Assembly: GCA_013239625.1 (NCBI GenBank)
Contig: MU054212.1
Location: forward strand, 4,324,650-4,373,227
Length of the DNA stretch: 48,578 nucleotides
Origin: Lama guanicoe
Taxonomy: Eukaryota
Direction: 5' to 3'
A model generated the notes under the pieces. The model had not been told where the DNA came from, ran no database searches, and was given only the letters and a program-made list of their open reading frames with translations. Shown in pieces: positions 1-11,600 of the stretch; within the stretch, counting starts at the first letter, position 1, and each line of letters starts with the position of its first letter. The position numbers were made by a program, and so were the translations under genes.

Positions 1-1029
1 ATTACTATTATAGAATGTTTTTCTTGATACGACTTACCTGTACCCAACCAAGGAGAGAATAACACAAGTTGTGTGTTTTTCCAAAATCACATTCCAGGGC
101 TTCCTCTTAACAGCAAAAGGGAATGCAGGTTGTGCTGGTTTAATGGCCTGGCTGCTCTGGAACCTTCAACCGTAAATAAATTAGGAAACTTCCCGCCTGT
201 TTCTAAGGATTCAAGACATGCATTGAACCTAAATCTGAACTATATTAAATCTGGTCACATATTTTAAATAATAAATCTAAGCAAATATGTACAGCATCAG
301 CAAATATGTGTAATATTCCCAAACATTTTCATTTTCTGTTAAATATTTACACCTTTTAATAGTTTGCTGTTTATTTTACTTATTCAATAATTGCTCATCT
401 GTTTTCTGTTTCTTAAACACGGTGTTTATACAGAAGTCATAACACAAAGGCAGTGCCATCTACATTTTGTTTACTGCATTTTTAAATCATTGCCCTTGCA
501 CTTTTATTTTACTTCAGTATTTTATGGTTTGTATTTTCATCTTTTAGAGAAGCTTCCAGAAGTACTTAGTCCCAGAGAACTCATTAACTGAATACAAAAA
601 ATTAGTTTATTCAAACTGCCCTAAGTAATGATAATAAAAGACATCAAAGGCTTTGTGTTATGCTATTTATAAAACCGGGACCATCACGTTTGGTTTGATT
701 TTTCTAAAGGAGGAAATCAAAAGTATCAGGCAGGATGCACAGAATTATGACAACGAAGCTTTTCCCAGCATGAAGCTGATAGAATAAAGGAAACCCTGTC
801 AGGGACACATCTGGCTGTGCCGCTCATTCCAACATGATGCTTCAAGTCTCCTATTTTGAAAATCGTGGTAAACTACCCAGATCACATTCTCCATGGCTTT
901 GGAAACTCAGATATGCTTTGGGGAGGAAAATTAACTTCTTTTTTCCCTTTTGTGTTTGCATTATATTCAGGCAACTTGTATTATGATCTAACTCATGGTC
1001 AGTTCAGAAAATCCAGTCTTTTTTTTTTT

Positions 1030-1530
1030 CGTTAAAGATTTCACTTTTTATTATTAAATATAATGCACAATGGCAAATGTACATAGAACATATATGTACA
1101 GCTTAACAGATACATATACAGTAGCATCCATGTAACCATTTCCCAGGAAAAGAAAGAACTTTGGTAGCAAAGAGATGTTCCCACAATCCTCTCCTATTCT
1201 CATTGTGTTTCTCCTTGTCCTGACTCTCATAATAACCACTTATTATTTTACATATACACAAATCCATAAACAAAGTTTAATTTTGCTATTTAAAAATATA
1301 AACATGGGAATGAGTCTGAGTCTATGCATGTGCCTTTGCTTCCATAGCTCAACATGAGATTATGTTTTAGAAATTCATATGGCTGCAGAAAGGAATACAA
1401 TTGTGGCTTATTTATTTTATTATAACATAACTATCAATGCTTTACTGTATAGCTCTTCATTTATTATACTGTTCATATTCTACTATTTCCAGTTCTTGGA
1501 TAGTATCAATATTGCTACTCTAAAAAGTCC
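1030..1530 (-). mobile_element. Transduced segment resembling a highly diverged ancient L1 (L1ME-like) 3' end
   Basis: Minus-strand AATAAA at 1047-1052 followed by motifs recalling old L1M 3' ends (catccatgtaacca..., gctcaacat..., tttccagttcttggatagtatcaatattgct). Subfamily uncertain. Confidence 0.5.
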
Positions 1531-2294
1531 TTTCTTTTTAAATTTTTATTGATTTATAATCATTTTTACAGTGTGCCAAATTCCAGTATAGAGCACAATT
1601 TTTGAGTCATAAATGAACATATATATATTCATTGTCACATTTTTTTCTCTGTGAGCTACGATAAGATCTTGTATATATTTCCCTGTGCTATACAGTATAA
1701 TCTTGTTTATCTATTCTACAATTTTGAAATCCCAGTGTATCTCTTCCCACCCCTCGCCCCCTTGGCAACCACAAGTTTGTATTCTATGTCTGTGAGTCTG
1801 TTTCTGTTTTACATTTATGCTTTGCTTGTTTTCCTTTTTTTTTTAGATTCCACATATGAGCAATCTCATATGGTATTTTTCTTTCTCTTTCTGGCTTACT
1901 TCACTTAGAATGACATTCTCCAGGAGAATCCATGTTGCTGCAAATGTTATTATGTTGTCGGTTTTTATGGCTGAGTAGTATTCCATTGTATAAATAGACC
2001 ACATCTTCTTTATCCAGTCCTCTATTGATGGACATTTAGGCTGTCTGCATGTCTTGGCTATTGTAAATAATGCTATGAACATTGGGGTGCAGGTGTCAGT
2101 GTCATCCTGAAATAGATTTCCTTCTGGATGTATGCCCAGGAGTGGGATTCCTGGGTCATACGGTAAGTCTATTCCTAGTCTTTTGAGGAATCTCCACACT
2201 GTTTTCCATAGTGGCTGCACCAAACTGCATTCCCACCAGCAGTGAAGGAGGGTTCCCTTTTCTCTGCAGCCTCTCCAGCATTTGTCATTTGTGG
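1531..2294 (-). mobile_element. 5'-truncated young LINE-1 (ORF2 C-terminus + 3'UTR), probably camelid-lineage L1
   Basis: ORF2 C-terminal peptide plus an artiodactyl-type L1 3'UTR, with minus-strand AATAAA at 1545-1550 and a degenerate A tail. Confidence 0.95.
1843..2292 (-). pseudogene. LINE-1 ORF2p C-terminal fragment including CCHC zinc-knuckle region
   Basis: Frame reads [36 protein letters not shown]...YTMEYYSAIK...LENVILSEVSQKEK with no internal stop. In-frame 6-bp duplication GTGTCA at 2093-2104. Confidence 0.95.
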
Positions 2295-2959
2295 AGAAAA
2301 TCCAGTCTTTTAATTAGGAATTTTAGTTATTCTAAAAAGCCAAACTCTTACAATAGTTGTTAGCATTACATGGGAAAAATAACATTGTATAAGTCATTTT
2401 TATTTATTATTCTAACATTAGTTAATTACGTGTGCATATATATATGTATTCAGTAAATAAATTAATTTTCTATAGGCTAAAGACAGAATATTATCCAAGT
2501 GACTCCTGAAGTTCTTAGATTTTGGGGAACTTGTTTAGGGCAATTTTCTGAAGAGAGCTGGGTGCCAAGAGGTGAGAGAGTTTCAGTTGTTTACTGCATG
2601 GACCATAAAGACTGACTTTATAAAACTGCCTAGACCAAAATTCTGGCCTAATTCTTCCAGGACAGCTCTTAAGAACTGAGACGCCAAACCCATTTTATCT
2701 TAAAATTTTATTACAACCTAAAATAAAAGTGATTTGCAAATTGTAAAAAGTAGATACAAGTCATGTTCAATTTCTGGTTCATGCTTTGTTTTATCCTTTC
2801 TGGATGGAGTCATTGATGTTTCCAGTTCTTTTCACTCTCTTGCAGCCTCTGCCAAGTGTGGTTACACCAAGTAAGCTCTCTTATGAAAGAAGGTAATATT
2901 AATAATCACCTATGGTCCACGCAGAAACCTCCAGTTTGATCATTATCTTTAATGATCTA

Positions 2960-3075
2960 ATGATGCTCGTTGCAAGAGTTCTCTGGAGAAGAAGTTGGAT
3001 GTATGATTATCCCCATTTTACTGATGAGAAAAATGAAACTTTTAGAGAGAATGAATCTCTAGAGATATTGAAGTT
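2960..3075 (-). mobile_element. MIR SINE fragment
   Basis: attatccccattttactgatgagaaaaatgaa matches the reverse complement of the MIR core. Confidence 0.6.
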
Positions 3076-4404
3076 ACTCTGGATTCATCTTTGTACACAT
3101 GAGACGACCTATTGTGATATTTATTATTGCTACCTCTTTGCTGTTGGGGCTTTTCACTGCAGCACAATAATACTGCATACTTTTGCCCAAGTGAAAGTAT
3201 TTCCCTTCTGAACTTTTCTGTGCAAAGTCTATTTATAGTGAGCTTGCTTTCATCCACTTGAAGCTTGCTTGGCAAGGCCTCCAAGCAGATTTTTATAAAG
3301 GACTGTCAGCCTTTGCATTCTTTACACATCGTTGAGTTTCAAAGTGCAGGACTGTGACAGCTTACTACATAACATGGTCTCAGTAAACCTATCGATTGGA
3401 GACTTGGCTCAACAGCATTTCAAAAGCCTCACACTGGCCCCAGGTACATTTGAGGAAAATGTCCCCTCTCAGCAGGCACTTGTGAAATCTAAAATGCAGT
3501 GTTGGCCCTGGTTAGGAGAAAAGCCCTAGAAATATCAAGGATTGCTGAATGTGAGAATCCAAATCTACCTTTAAGCCCCTTTTAACAATTCTCATTCAAC
3601 TCTGTGAGGAGTCGAAAATGTTACATCTAGGGTCAGTTGAGTTTTATGTTCTTAAATAATGCTGTGAACTTCATTCACAAGTCAGATCTGCCAAGGGCAA
3701 TCCTTTAGATGGAGGATAACTCACTTGTTGTCATAAGTAGCAAATCTGGGAATGAAGAGTTAGAACTTATTGGCGAAAAGCCTTGATTTAGGTGTGAACA
3801 GTTGTACGAAAGGAAAACGCCACCTTGGTGTCCAGAGATCAAAGAACACCTTTGGATTCAAATTTCATATCACGTTTTTCCTGGTGTCCCATCAGCAGAT
3901 GGATAAACTATTGACCTATTTTTTGATAGATATTCTGGCTCTTTGAATGCCTTGTTTGTTTCTCTGAGTACTGGCAGCTGATATCGCTCAGGTTTTATCC
4001 AGTGAGAGACTGATTCTTGCACTGTACACAGAGCAGGATGCTGCACATGGAGGCAGACCAGATAGCTGATTATCACCTGATGAAAGAAGACCATGAAGGC
4101 TTCCCTTTCCAGATGTCTCTTCCATTTGCTGGCATCTTCTAGAGTCCCCACGTTTGAGATCATTGTACTCTGACGTATTAATTTGTATTCACTTATTAGT
4201 ATTCACTACCAAAACAGTATAAATCAGTTTATCCCATTAGCTGATTGCCAGTGTTACAAAGGGATACTGATATGACCCATGTCAGTTTTTATTAGAGAAG
4301 GAAAGGAATAGGGACATGGCATCCTTTGCATGGGAGCCAAATACAGAGAAAGGTCTTTGGACAGGTAGAAATTTTCTTCCATTCCTTTTATTTGCAACTA
4401 AATT

Positions 4405-4515
4405 ACATAACTCATTTTTCAATGCATATCTAATGACTGTGTACTCTATTCAACGCACCGTGGCTTTAGAAGATAAATATTTTTCTTTTTTATCAGCCTT
4501 TAAAGAGACGAGGAG

Positions 4516-4550
<35 letters not shown>

Positions 4551-5400
4551 TGTGTGTGTGTGTGAGTGTGTGTGTGTGTGAGTGTGTGTGTGTGTGAGTG
4601 TGTGTGTGTGTGAGTGTGTGTGTGTGTGAGTGTGTGTGTGTGTGAGTGTGTGTGTGTGTGAGTGTGTGTGTGTGTGAGTGTGTGTGTGTGTGAGTGTGTG
4701 TGTGTGTGAGTGTGTGTGTGTGTGTATTTGTGTTGTAACATGAGGAGATTATTGGCAATGAAATAACGATTTAAGTAAAGTACTGTGTGTGAGCAGCAGA
4801 ATTAGACACTAATCTCTGAGGGGGACCGAGACAGGTTCAGAGAGGGGGCTCCCATTTGTGTTCTCCTGTAACAAGTACATAGGATCATGAAAGGCAGAAA
4901 AAAGGGAGGGATCCTGGGACAGGAAATGACAGGGGTGGAAGTAGGAATGTAAGAAAGGGAGCGATGTGGCAAATGGCAGGTGATCCTAGTTTCTTGGAAA
5001 AGTCCAATTCTTATAAAGATGAGGTTATAAAAAGCAGGTTGGAAGCAGGATACAGAGGTTTGGAAAGCCATCATACAGGTTTTGATATTAACCAGGTAGG
5101 TAACAGAAATTACTAGAACAGAGGAGTGATACAGTCAGTTCTGTGTGGTACAAAGGCAACAGCAGGCAAAGAGAATGGGGAGGGCACAGAGGCTGCTGTA
5201 ACGGTTCAGTCCAGAAAGGATGTGAAAAAATATAGAAACTATGAAGATCTGGCCAGGGCAAAGGAAATGAAAATAAAAACTTGTAGAAAACTAGGCTATA
5301 GCACCAAACAGATTTTATGACTCAATAAATGTAGGCATTGGAGCCTTGGGGACCCTGAAAGGAGAGTGTATAAGGGAGAGGATGGCTGATTGTGTGGGAA
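4405..5400 (-). mobile_element. Degraded L2 LINE 3' region interrupted by the TG array
   Basis: L2-like 3' end on minus at about 4405-4500 and purine-rich L2-like body at about 5020-5340. Confidence 0.45.
4517..4724. repeat. (TG)16 followed by 11 exact copies of a 16-bp unit AG(TG)7
   Basis: Interrupting A at 4549, 4565, 4581 ... 4709, with an exact period of 16. Confidence 0.97.
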
Positions 5401-5499
5401 AGGAAATTAATAATTTTTTTCTTCTTATTATTACCCCTTAAGCTATTCTTGATAGATATAATAATAGTGATATTGATAATGTTGTTAAATAAATGATGA

Positions 5500-5670
5500 A
5501 AGTTTATACTTAATCCTCACAACAAACTTGATAAATGGATAATAAAATATTGAGGCTTTATGGACGAGAAAGCAGATGCTGAAAAGTTACATAGGTTAGA
5601 GAGATTCAGATAGCTTGCAAGTTACAAAAAAGGATCAAATTCAAATGTTTTCACTCCAAGTTTCATCTTC
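5500..5670 (-). mobile_element. MIR SINE fragment
   Basis: ttaatcctcacaacaa ... gacgagaaagcagatgct ... ttcaaa ... actccaa follows MIR minus-strand order. Confidence 0.55.
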
Positions 5671-6094
5671 TGAACATTTCATCAGAATCACCTCACATGT
5701 GGATCACTGGATTCAACACATCCAAGTAGACATATGATTAGTAAGAAATGTTCTAAATCTTGTTTTTGGGGGGGAGAATGTAAAGTGATGATGGTGGTTT
5801 TTATGTAAATATTATGAGGCAGTTTTTTTTTTTCTGCCAGTGGGAAAAAGAAAATCAAACATATCAGCGAAGGAAAAGCATGAAGGTTGACATATTGGGA
5901 GTAAAATTTACAAGATTAAAGAAAATTAAAAATTAGCTCCTCTGCTCTGTTAATGAGCATGTAGCTACTTCTTGGATCTGGCAAGGAGGAAAATAATCTT
6001 TATTATTCCATTGAAATCGACACTTTATGATGCCTAATATTTCCTTATTGTGGTGTAGTTTTTTCACATTTCACTATAAATTGTGTTAGTTGAT

Positions 6095-6270
6095 TCTATA
6101 CTTCATTTTATTCTCGAAATAACCTTTCGTAGTAGATACGACTGGTTCTTTTTATGATCGTCTTATAGGGACAGAAATTGAGAATTTCCCTCAGAGCATT
6201 TAAATGGCAAAACTGGAACTTAAGCCTAAATCTTCCAATTCAGTGTCTGGGATTCCTTCCACAATTCCAC
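6095..6270 (-). mobile_element. MIR SINE fragment
   Basis: cattttattctcgaaataacc ... aaatggcaaaactggaacttaagcctaaatct is MIR-like. Confidence 0.5.
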
Positions 6271-7262
6271 ATTACTGAAGACAAGTTTGGTACAATAATC
6301 CAAAGACAAACAGTTTCTATTATGAGGAAAGAGATGGAGACTTTAATTTTTTTACCTGCCCCTTCCATCTTAGGAAGATTTTAAAGAGAAAGCTGCAAGC
6401 TGAAAATGCTTCATTTGTCTTATATGACAAGGAAACAGATGTATTTTGGAATTCCCTGGAGCCCGTGACGTCTCCTCTGTACCGACAGTGCTTCCTGTAA
6501 TTAAAGGCTGCATTACGTTTGGGTGGAAGTGGTCAACTCACTTCTGAAAGCACATAGCCATATGCAAGGCTTAATTTAATTAAAAAAAAAAACCAGAACT
6601 CAGTCGAGAGTGGGTTTTGTTAGGATTAAGATGTCAAATAAAACCACGGTCAGGGCAGAGATGCCCAAATCTTTCTCTCTGATTTGGTATGAAGTGAGGA
6701 GCTTCTGCAGTCAGAGGATGGATTTTTCTTTTAGAAGTGGGTGAGAGAAGAAAGATCATTCGTCGGTCTGAGCTGGAAGTCTACAGAACTTTTCAAAAGA
6801 TTTGGTGAACAGCTGCTTTTAAAAGCTCTTTCCAGCTCAGCCTTCACTATTAGTAATTTCAAACAAAGCGGGAGGTCGGAGCATTAATGCTATTTTCCTT
6901 CCTTTGTCTGTATTCCTCTTGGCTAACACAGATAGGGAACAGCCTGGAGCAACCTCGAGAAGCCCCCATGGTGACAACACATCAATGTCAGCTTTTCAAC
7001 TAGGAGCTTGTTGTCAGCTTGAACTAATTTTTTTTTTTTTTTGGTCGGTTTCGCTCCTGCTTTACCTCTTCCTAAGCACATTAAAAAGGAGATGATACCC
7101 ATGCTGTCTCCAGAGATGGGCTCTTTGTTTGATTTGTCCTCATATCTTTGTCATTTCTTACCATGCTGAGTTCTACTTAGGTTTTCATGAATAAGAAGAC
7201 AAGATGGCACAGGAGGAGTCAGTGCTCTTGCTGGAGACACTGTGCCCCACTATAGGAGACCA

Positions 7263-7720
7263 GTCTTAGATCGGGGTCCCTAGAAGTAGATCTTGAGATG
7301 AGGATTCATGTGCATGAGACTCATGAATGAGGTCCATCCTGGAGACACTGTTAGGGAAGGGCTGAAGCAGGATTAAAAAAAAAAAAAGGGAAGAAGTCAG
7401 CAAAGGTTCAATTTCCAGCCAAGTTTTCCCGAGTGTGGCCTCAGTGCTGCCTTCCCTAGGGAAACTCTGGCTTATCCCCTTGTCAGTGACTCCTCAGGGT
7501 CCCCCACCTTGAAGACCGAGAAGCGAGCTTTCTCCTCCCTCACCTCCTGCTCTTTGGTTAGGTAAAGCTCCCCTCGTGGGGTGGCCGGCTCTCAGAAACG
7601 CCAGCTCCAGTGGCCTGAAGACAATCCCAGTGGAAGAGTCTTACAGGCAAATTGAAGCAAATATATTTCAAAGCTAGAAGAGGTCATCACAGAAACAGTG
7701 AAATCCGGGCAGACCACTGA
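7263..7720 (-). mobile_element. MaLR LTR (MLT1-type, older subfamily)
   Basis: gtcttagatcggggtccctagaagtagatcttgagatgaggattcatgtgca matches the MLT1 terminus and resembles the copy at 32765. Confidence 0.7.
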
Positions 7721-8746
7721 CTATGAATACATCACTTAATTAAAGGAAAATTGGGTGGCGCTGCATTAAAGATTTTTATTTTCTCAGATCTTATAAAAAT
7801 TCTTAGAGTTAATTATGAAACAAGCAATAATGAATAGCCCCAGAGGAGAAACGGTCTTTTGGAGAATTGTGCATGGAGAGCACGGAGGTGCTAGGAGAGA
7901 CAGACAGAGGGAGGCAGGGTTCACTACCGGAGTCAGACAACGTGGCAGCCAGGTTTGCATCTACAGTACACTGAGCATCATCCTTTGGGACAAATTAATT
8001 CTACTTCTTAAGTGGCTGTTTTGAAATACCTATATTTTCACCTAAACTCCTCCTACAGGCAAAAGAATCTAAAATACCACTGACAGTTTCAGCTCTCTGG
8101 GGAGCAAGCCCTAGTTTATTGCTTCCACGTTGAATTTTTAAGGATGGATTGGCTTCCTTGATCTGCTGTTCCTGCCTTTTCCTCTGTGATGCGCTTTGCC
8201 AACCCTACTAAAGCAGCAAAATTTGATAACTGTTTTTATCTCCAGTGAACAGCTCCCCTTGCTATAGCTCTGCCCTGCTCCACTGCGCTAGTCGAATTCA
8301 GAGCATGGTTGAGGGCGGGACACGTAAGTAGCTGTTGAAGAATGGACAGAGTAGAGACTTTGCAAATAAAATGCTCAAAGGATAAAACTAGAAGATCTGA
8401 TCCAACCATGAGATTTGGCTTCTGGCAATGAACTGTACAGACAGATCAACTACATTTCATTGTGAGAAAAGATGGCAGAGTTCATTCACCCACAAATTAT
8501 GACGACCATGTGAATGGCAGGCAGAGCCATGAGGAGAGTATTTTGAACAGAGAATAAATTCTCAAAATTACCACCATTGGTATTTAAGGTTGTATAATAA
8601 CAACACTGCCAGAATTGCCGATTTTCTAAATAAGGTCTAATAAATAACATGTATTTTGAAATCTGGAAAGCAGACTGTTAAAGGTGGGCTGGCATCCAGG
8701 CTGAGAGTGCTTTAGCGCCTTTCCGGCTGCAGAACTAGGGAATACT

Positions 8747-8809
8747 GTGTGTGTGTGTGTGTGTGCGTGTCTGTGTGTGTGTGTGTGTGTGTGCGTGTGT
8801 GGTGTGTGT
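8747..8809. repeat. Imperfect (TG)n microsatellite
   Basis: Directly visible. Confidence 0.95.
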
Positions 8810-9315
8810 ATAGAGACTCTTCTCCATCAACTCCCTGCCCTGCCACCAGATCCACTCTCCACTCTGTGCACTTGGAAAGCGTGGGAGGACCCAGTGCTCT
8901 GGCTTTGGTTCAGCAGGCCAATGAGAGCAGTGGGAGGAGAGAGCTGGGTGGGAGGTGAGTGAGGCGGGAGTGTTCATTTCCCGACTCCCTCCCTCCTGGG
9001 CTGTGGAGGGCGGCTACAGCTCTCTCTGGAATTTGGCCATTCTTCTCTCTAGGTGTGTGGTGTGTGGTGTGTGTATAGAGACTCTTCTCCATCAACTCCC
9101 TGCCCTGCCACCAGATCCACTCTCCACTCTGTGCACTTGGAAAGCGTGGGAGGACCCAGTGCTCTGGCTTTGGTTCAGCAGGCCAATGAGAGCAGTAGGA
9201 GGAGAGAGCTGGGTGGGAGGTGAGTGAGGCGGGAGTGTTCATTTCCCGACTCCCTCCCTCCTGGGCTGTGGAGGGCGGCTACAGCTCTCTCTGGAATTTG
9301 GCCATTCTTCTCTCT
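8795..9315. repeat. Tandem duplication of 256 bp (8795-9050 and 9060-9315), period 265, one mismatch
   Basis: Copies identical except G8932/A9197. 9-bp spacer AGGTGTGTG. Confidence 0.97.
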
Positions 9316-9533
9316 CCTTGAACTTTTAGACCGAGGGTTGCTAATAAGTTGTTGCTGTTCCCAGCCCTGTTTTGCCACCGTTTTATAGTTTTCCAATGTT
9401 GTTAGCCCAGGGAGGTGCTGACACATCTCCTGTGGGTTTCCCAGAATCCTGCTCGTACCTCTGTAAAGAGTTTCTTTGCTCAGCTCTCCTCTGCTGCCCC
9501 GTTTGAGCATGGCTTCTGGGACTTGACTAAAAC
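8805..9533 (+). mobile_element. ERVL solo LTR, LTR33-like, with internal duplication
   Basis: ccagatccactctcc..., ctctggctttggttcag...gccaatg, gtttgagcatgg...ttgactaaaaca follow the recalled LTR33 consensus order. Confidence 0.7.
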
Positions 9534-10575
9534 AGAAGGGTAGAAGTGCTTTACCTTAGAAGCTCTATCTGCTAATAAATCTAGAGTTCCCACATTGTTT
9601 CTTGTGCCTGTTTGTTAGCAGTGAAACTAGACCGCTTGTTAGCTGCAGAACTGCCCTTAGACCCAGGCGAGAGAGTCCCCTCTCCAGGGCTCTGTGCTTC
9701 AGGAAGCATCACTTACCACAAGCACTCACAAAAACAAATTCATGAGAGAACACCTGGGTGCCTCTGAGTCCCAGCACTCAGCCCTGGGGAGGCACTACCT
9801 GAAATGCCAAGCTTGTGCTCTCACAGCTACAACCTAAGACCCCAAGGAAATATTCCTCCACATTTTTGCTATGGCCCTGAGACCGGAAGTCCTGTGTTCA
9901 GACCTTTGAAGGTTTGAAGTTGTGCTTCTGCAAATGTGGGAGACGGATACTACTTTAGGACGAAGGCGGGGCTTGAGGGGTGGAAGTACACAAGTAAGTG
10001 AAAAGAAACACTAAATGATCAAATCGTTTTTCTCCAGTATTAATGCAGTCACCGAGTGCATAATGAACTGTCGTCTCCTAGTAATTCAGAGTACCTGTTT
10101 TCCTTTTTCTGTTCCAATGTGTGGTTCTGGACTTAATTATAAATGAGTGTGGTCTATCTTCAACAGTTGCACAAAGTGGTAGAAGAAACAGTTGTGACAC
10201 TAGTGATTCACATTTCCTTTAAATTTCTATCTAGTTCTAGATGTAACATGCTAAGGCCATTGGTAAATAAATAGACATTGAAAACTGGAATTGCTAAGTT
10301 ACTGTATTTTTATTAAAATAGGTAATAAAATTAAGTGAACATTTCAAAATAAATAATTCAGCTTTATTTAAGTCGTTTTCTTCACATTTGGGTATTTACT
10401 TATGAGAGAGGTTTTTCTTAATTTAAATAGATAATTTTAAGTATTTTAGAAGAAAAAGATTTTGAATATAATACTAATGTTTCAATCTTTAACATTTACT
10501 TTATATTTTGATGAAGCATACATTTACATTGGTAGCCTTTAATAAAATCACATTTTAATGTTTAATTCTTTAGAA

Positions 10576-10785
10576 CAAGGATTGTCAAACATTTTCTGTA
10601 AAGGGCCAGATGTTAAATACTTTAGGGTTTGCAAGCCATACAATCTCTGTTACAACTACTCAGTCCTGCCACACTGTCAACAAAGCAGCCAGAGACAGTG
10701 TGTAAATGAGTAGGCAAGACTGTGTTCCAATAAAACTTTATTTACAAAGGCTGCCAGCCCACCAGCCTTAGTTTGTTGATCATTG
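10576..10785 (+). mobile_element. MER58A-like hAT-Charlie MITE
   Basis: caaacattttctgtaaagggccagat ... ctgtgttccaataaaactttatttacaaa is diagnostic. Degenerate 8-bp TSD CTTTAGAA / CTTTAGGT. Confidence 0.9.
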
Positions 10786-11339
10786 CTTTAGGTCATTTTG
10801 ATACTAGGATAAAAATTATGTGAAAAATCTTATTATAATGCTATATTAGCAATTTTGCTTTTCATTTTATTAAATCAGGGAAAATGATTTATCAATAATG
10901 TCTTTATGTTGTTACCTCCCAAAACAGTGTGATCCACCCACAGAGTATACAGACATGATAATAGTAATTAAATTTTGTTTTCTGATACTTTGGGTACTTT
11001 CCACCGCAAAGAAACCATAGTATTACACAAATTTTAAAAAATTATTGTTTAAAAATATATTTATCAAGACTACCTGAAAAAGCATATTAATTTAATATTT
11101 GGTGAGTCTTATTTATATCTTACAAATATGGAGACATATGGTAAGGTATGTGAGCCTTCAGATGGACCAACAATTGGGCCAGCCAGTTTTGGGGTGAGCC
11201 TGGTTCGCTATTCATTGTCTTTGAGCGACTTTATCAAAGACAGTTTCTAGTATTCCAGACATTGCAAACTGACAAGCACTAGGTTGTGTTTAGCTCACTT
11301 GTCTTAGATCTGCCCAGTATCTACAAAATGTAAAAATCT

Positions 11340-11600
11340 AAATGCCCAGATTTTATTTTAAAATGTAGCATGATCAGATCCCCCTCCAGAGATTTCAGCT
11401 GCCACTGAGACCAAGCGTGTCCTCTCCAGTTTGCTGAAGCCTCGCTCACAACCGATGGGGTCTCCAGCCCAGCCAGCCCACGGCTCCGTTCATACTGCCG
11501 GCCTGACCTCTGTAGCATTTGGGTTTAGAAACTATTCCAGGCTGTTGCAAACTGGCCCTTTCCTAATCTGTATCCCCACAGCAGTCATGGCCCCTGCCCC
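11340..11600 (+). mobile_element. Degraded L2 fragment
   Basis: ccagattttattttaaaatgtagcatgatcagatcccc resembles the L2 3' region. Confidence 0.4.

Larger units (their letters stand above)
1006..2311 (-). mobile_element. L1 insertion with 3' transduction, bounded by 17-bp TSD AGAAAATCCAGTCTTTT
   Basis: Identical 17-mers at 1006-1022 and 2295-2311. Poly(T) at 1019-1029. TTTATT (AATAAA on minus) at 1047-1052. Right TSD ends TTTT|AA, the L1 endonuclease consensus. Confidence 0.85.

Noticed and set aside
4316..4758. ORFs rich in HT/CV repeats
   Set aside because: They are translations of the TG/CA microsatellite.
8735..9510. Cluster of repeated ORFs on both strands
   Set aside because: They arise from the TG tract and the 265-bp duplication within a non-coding LTR.
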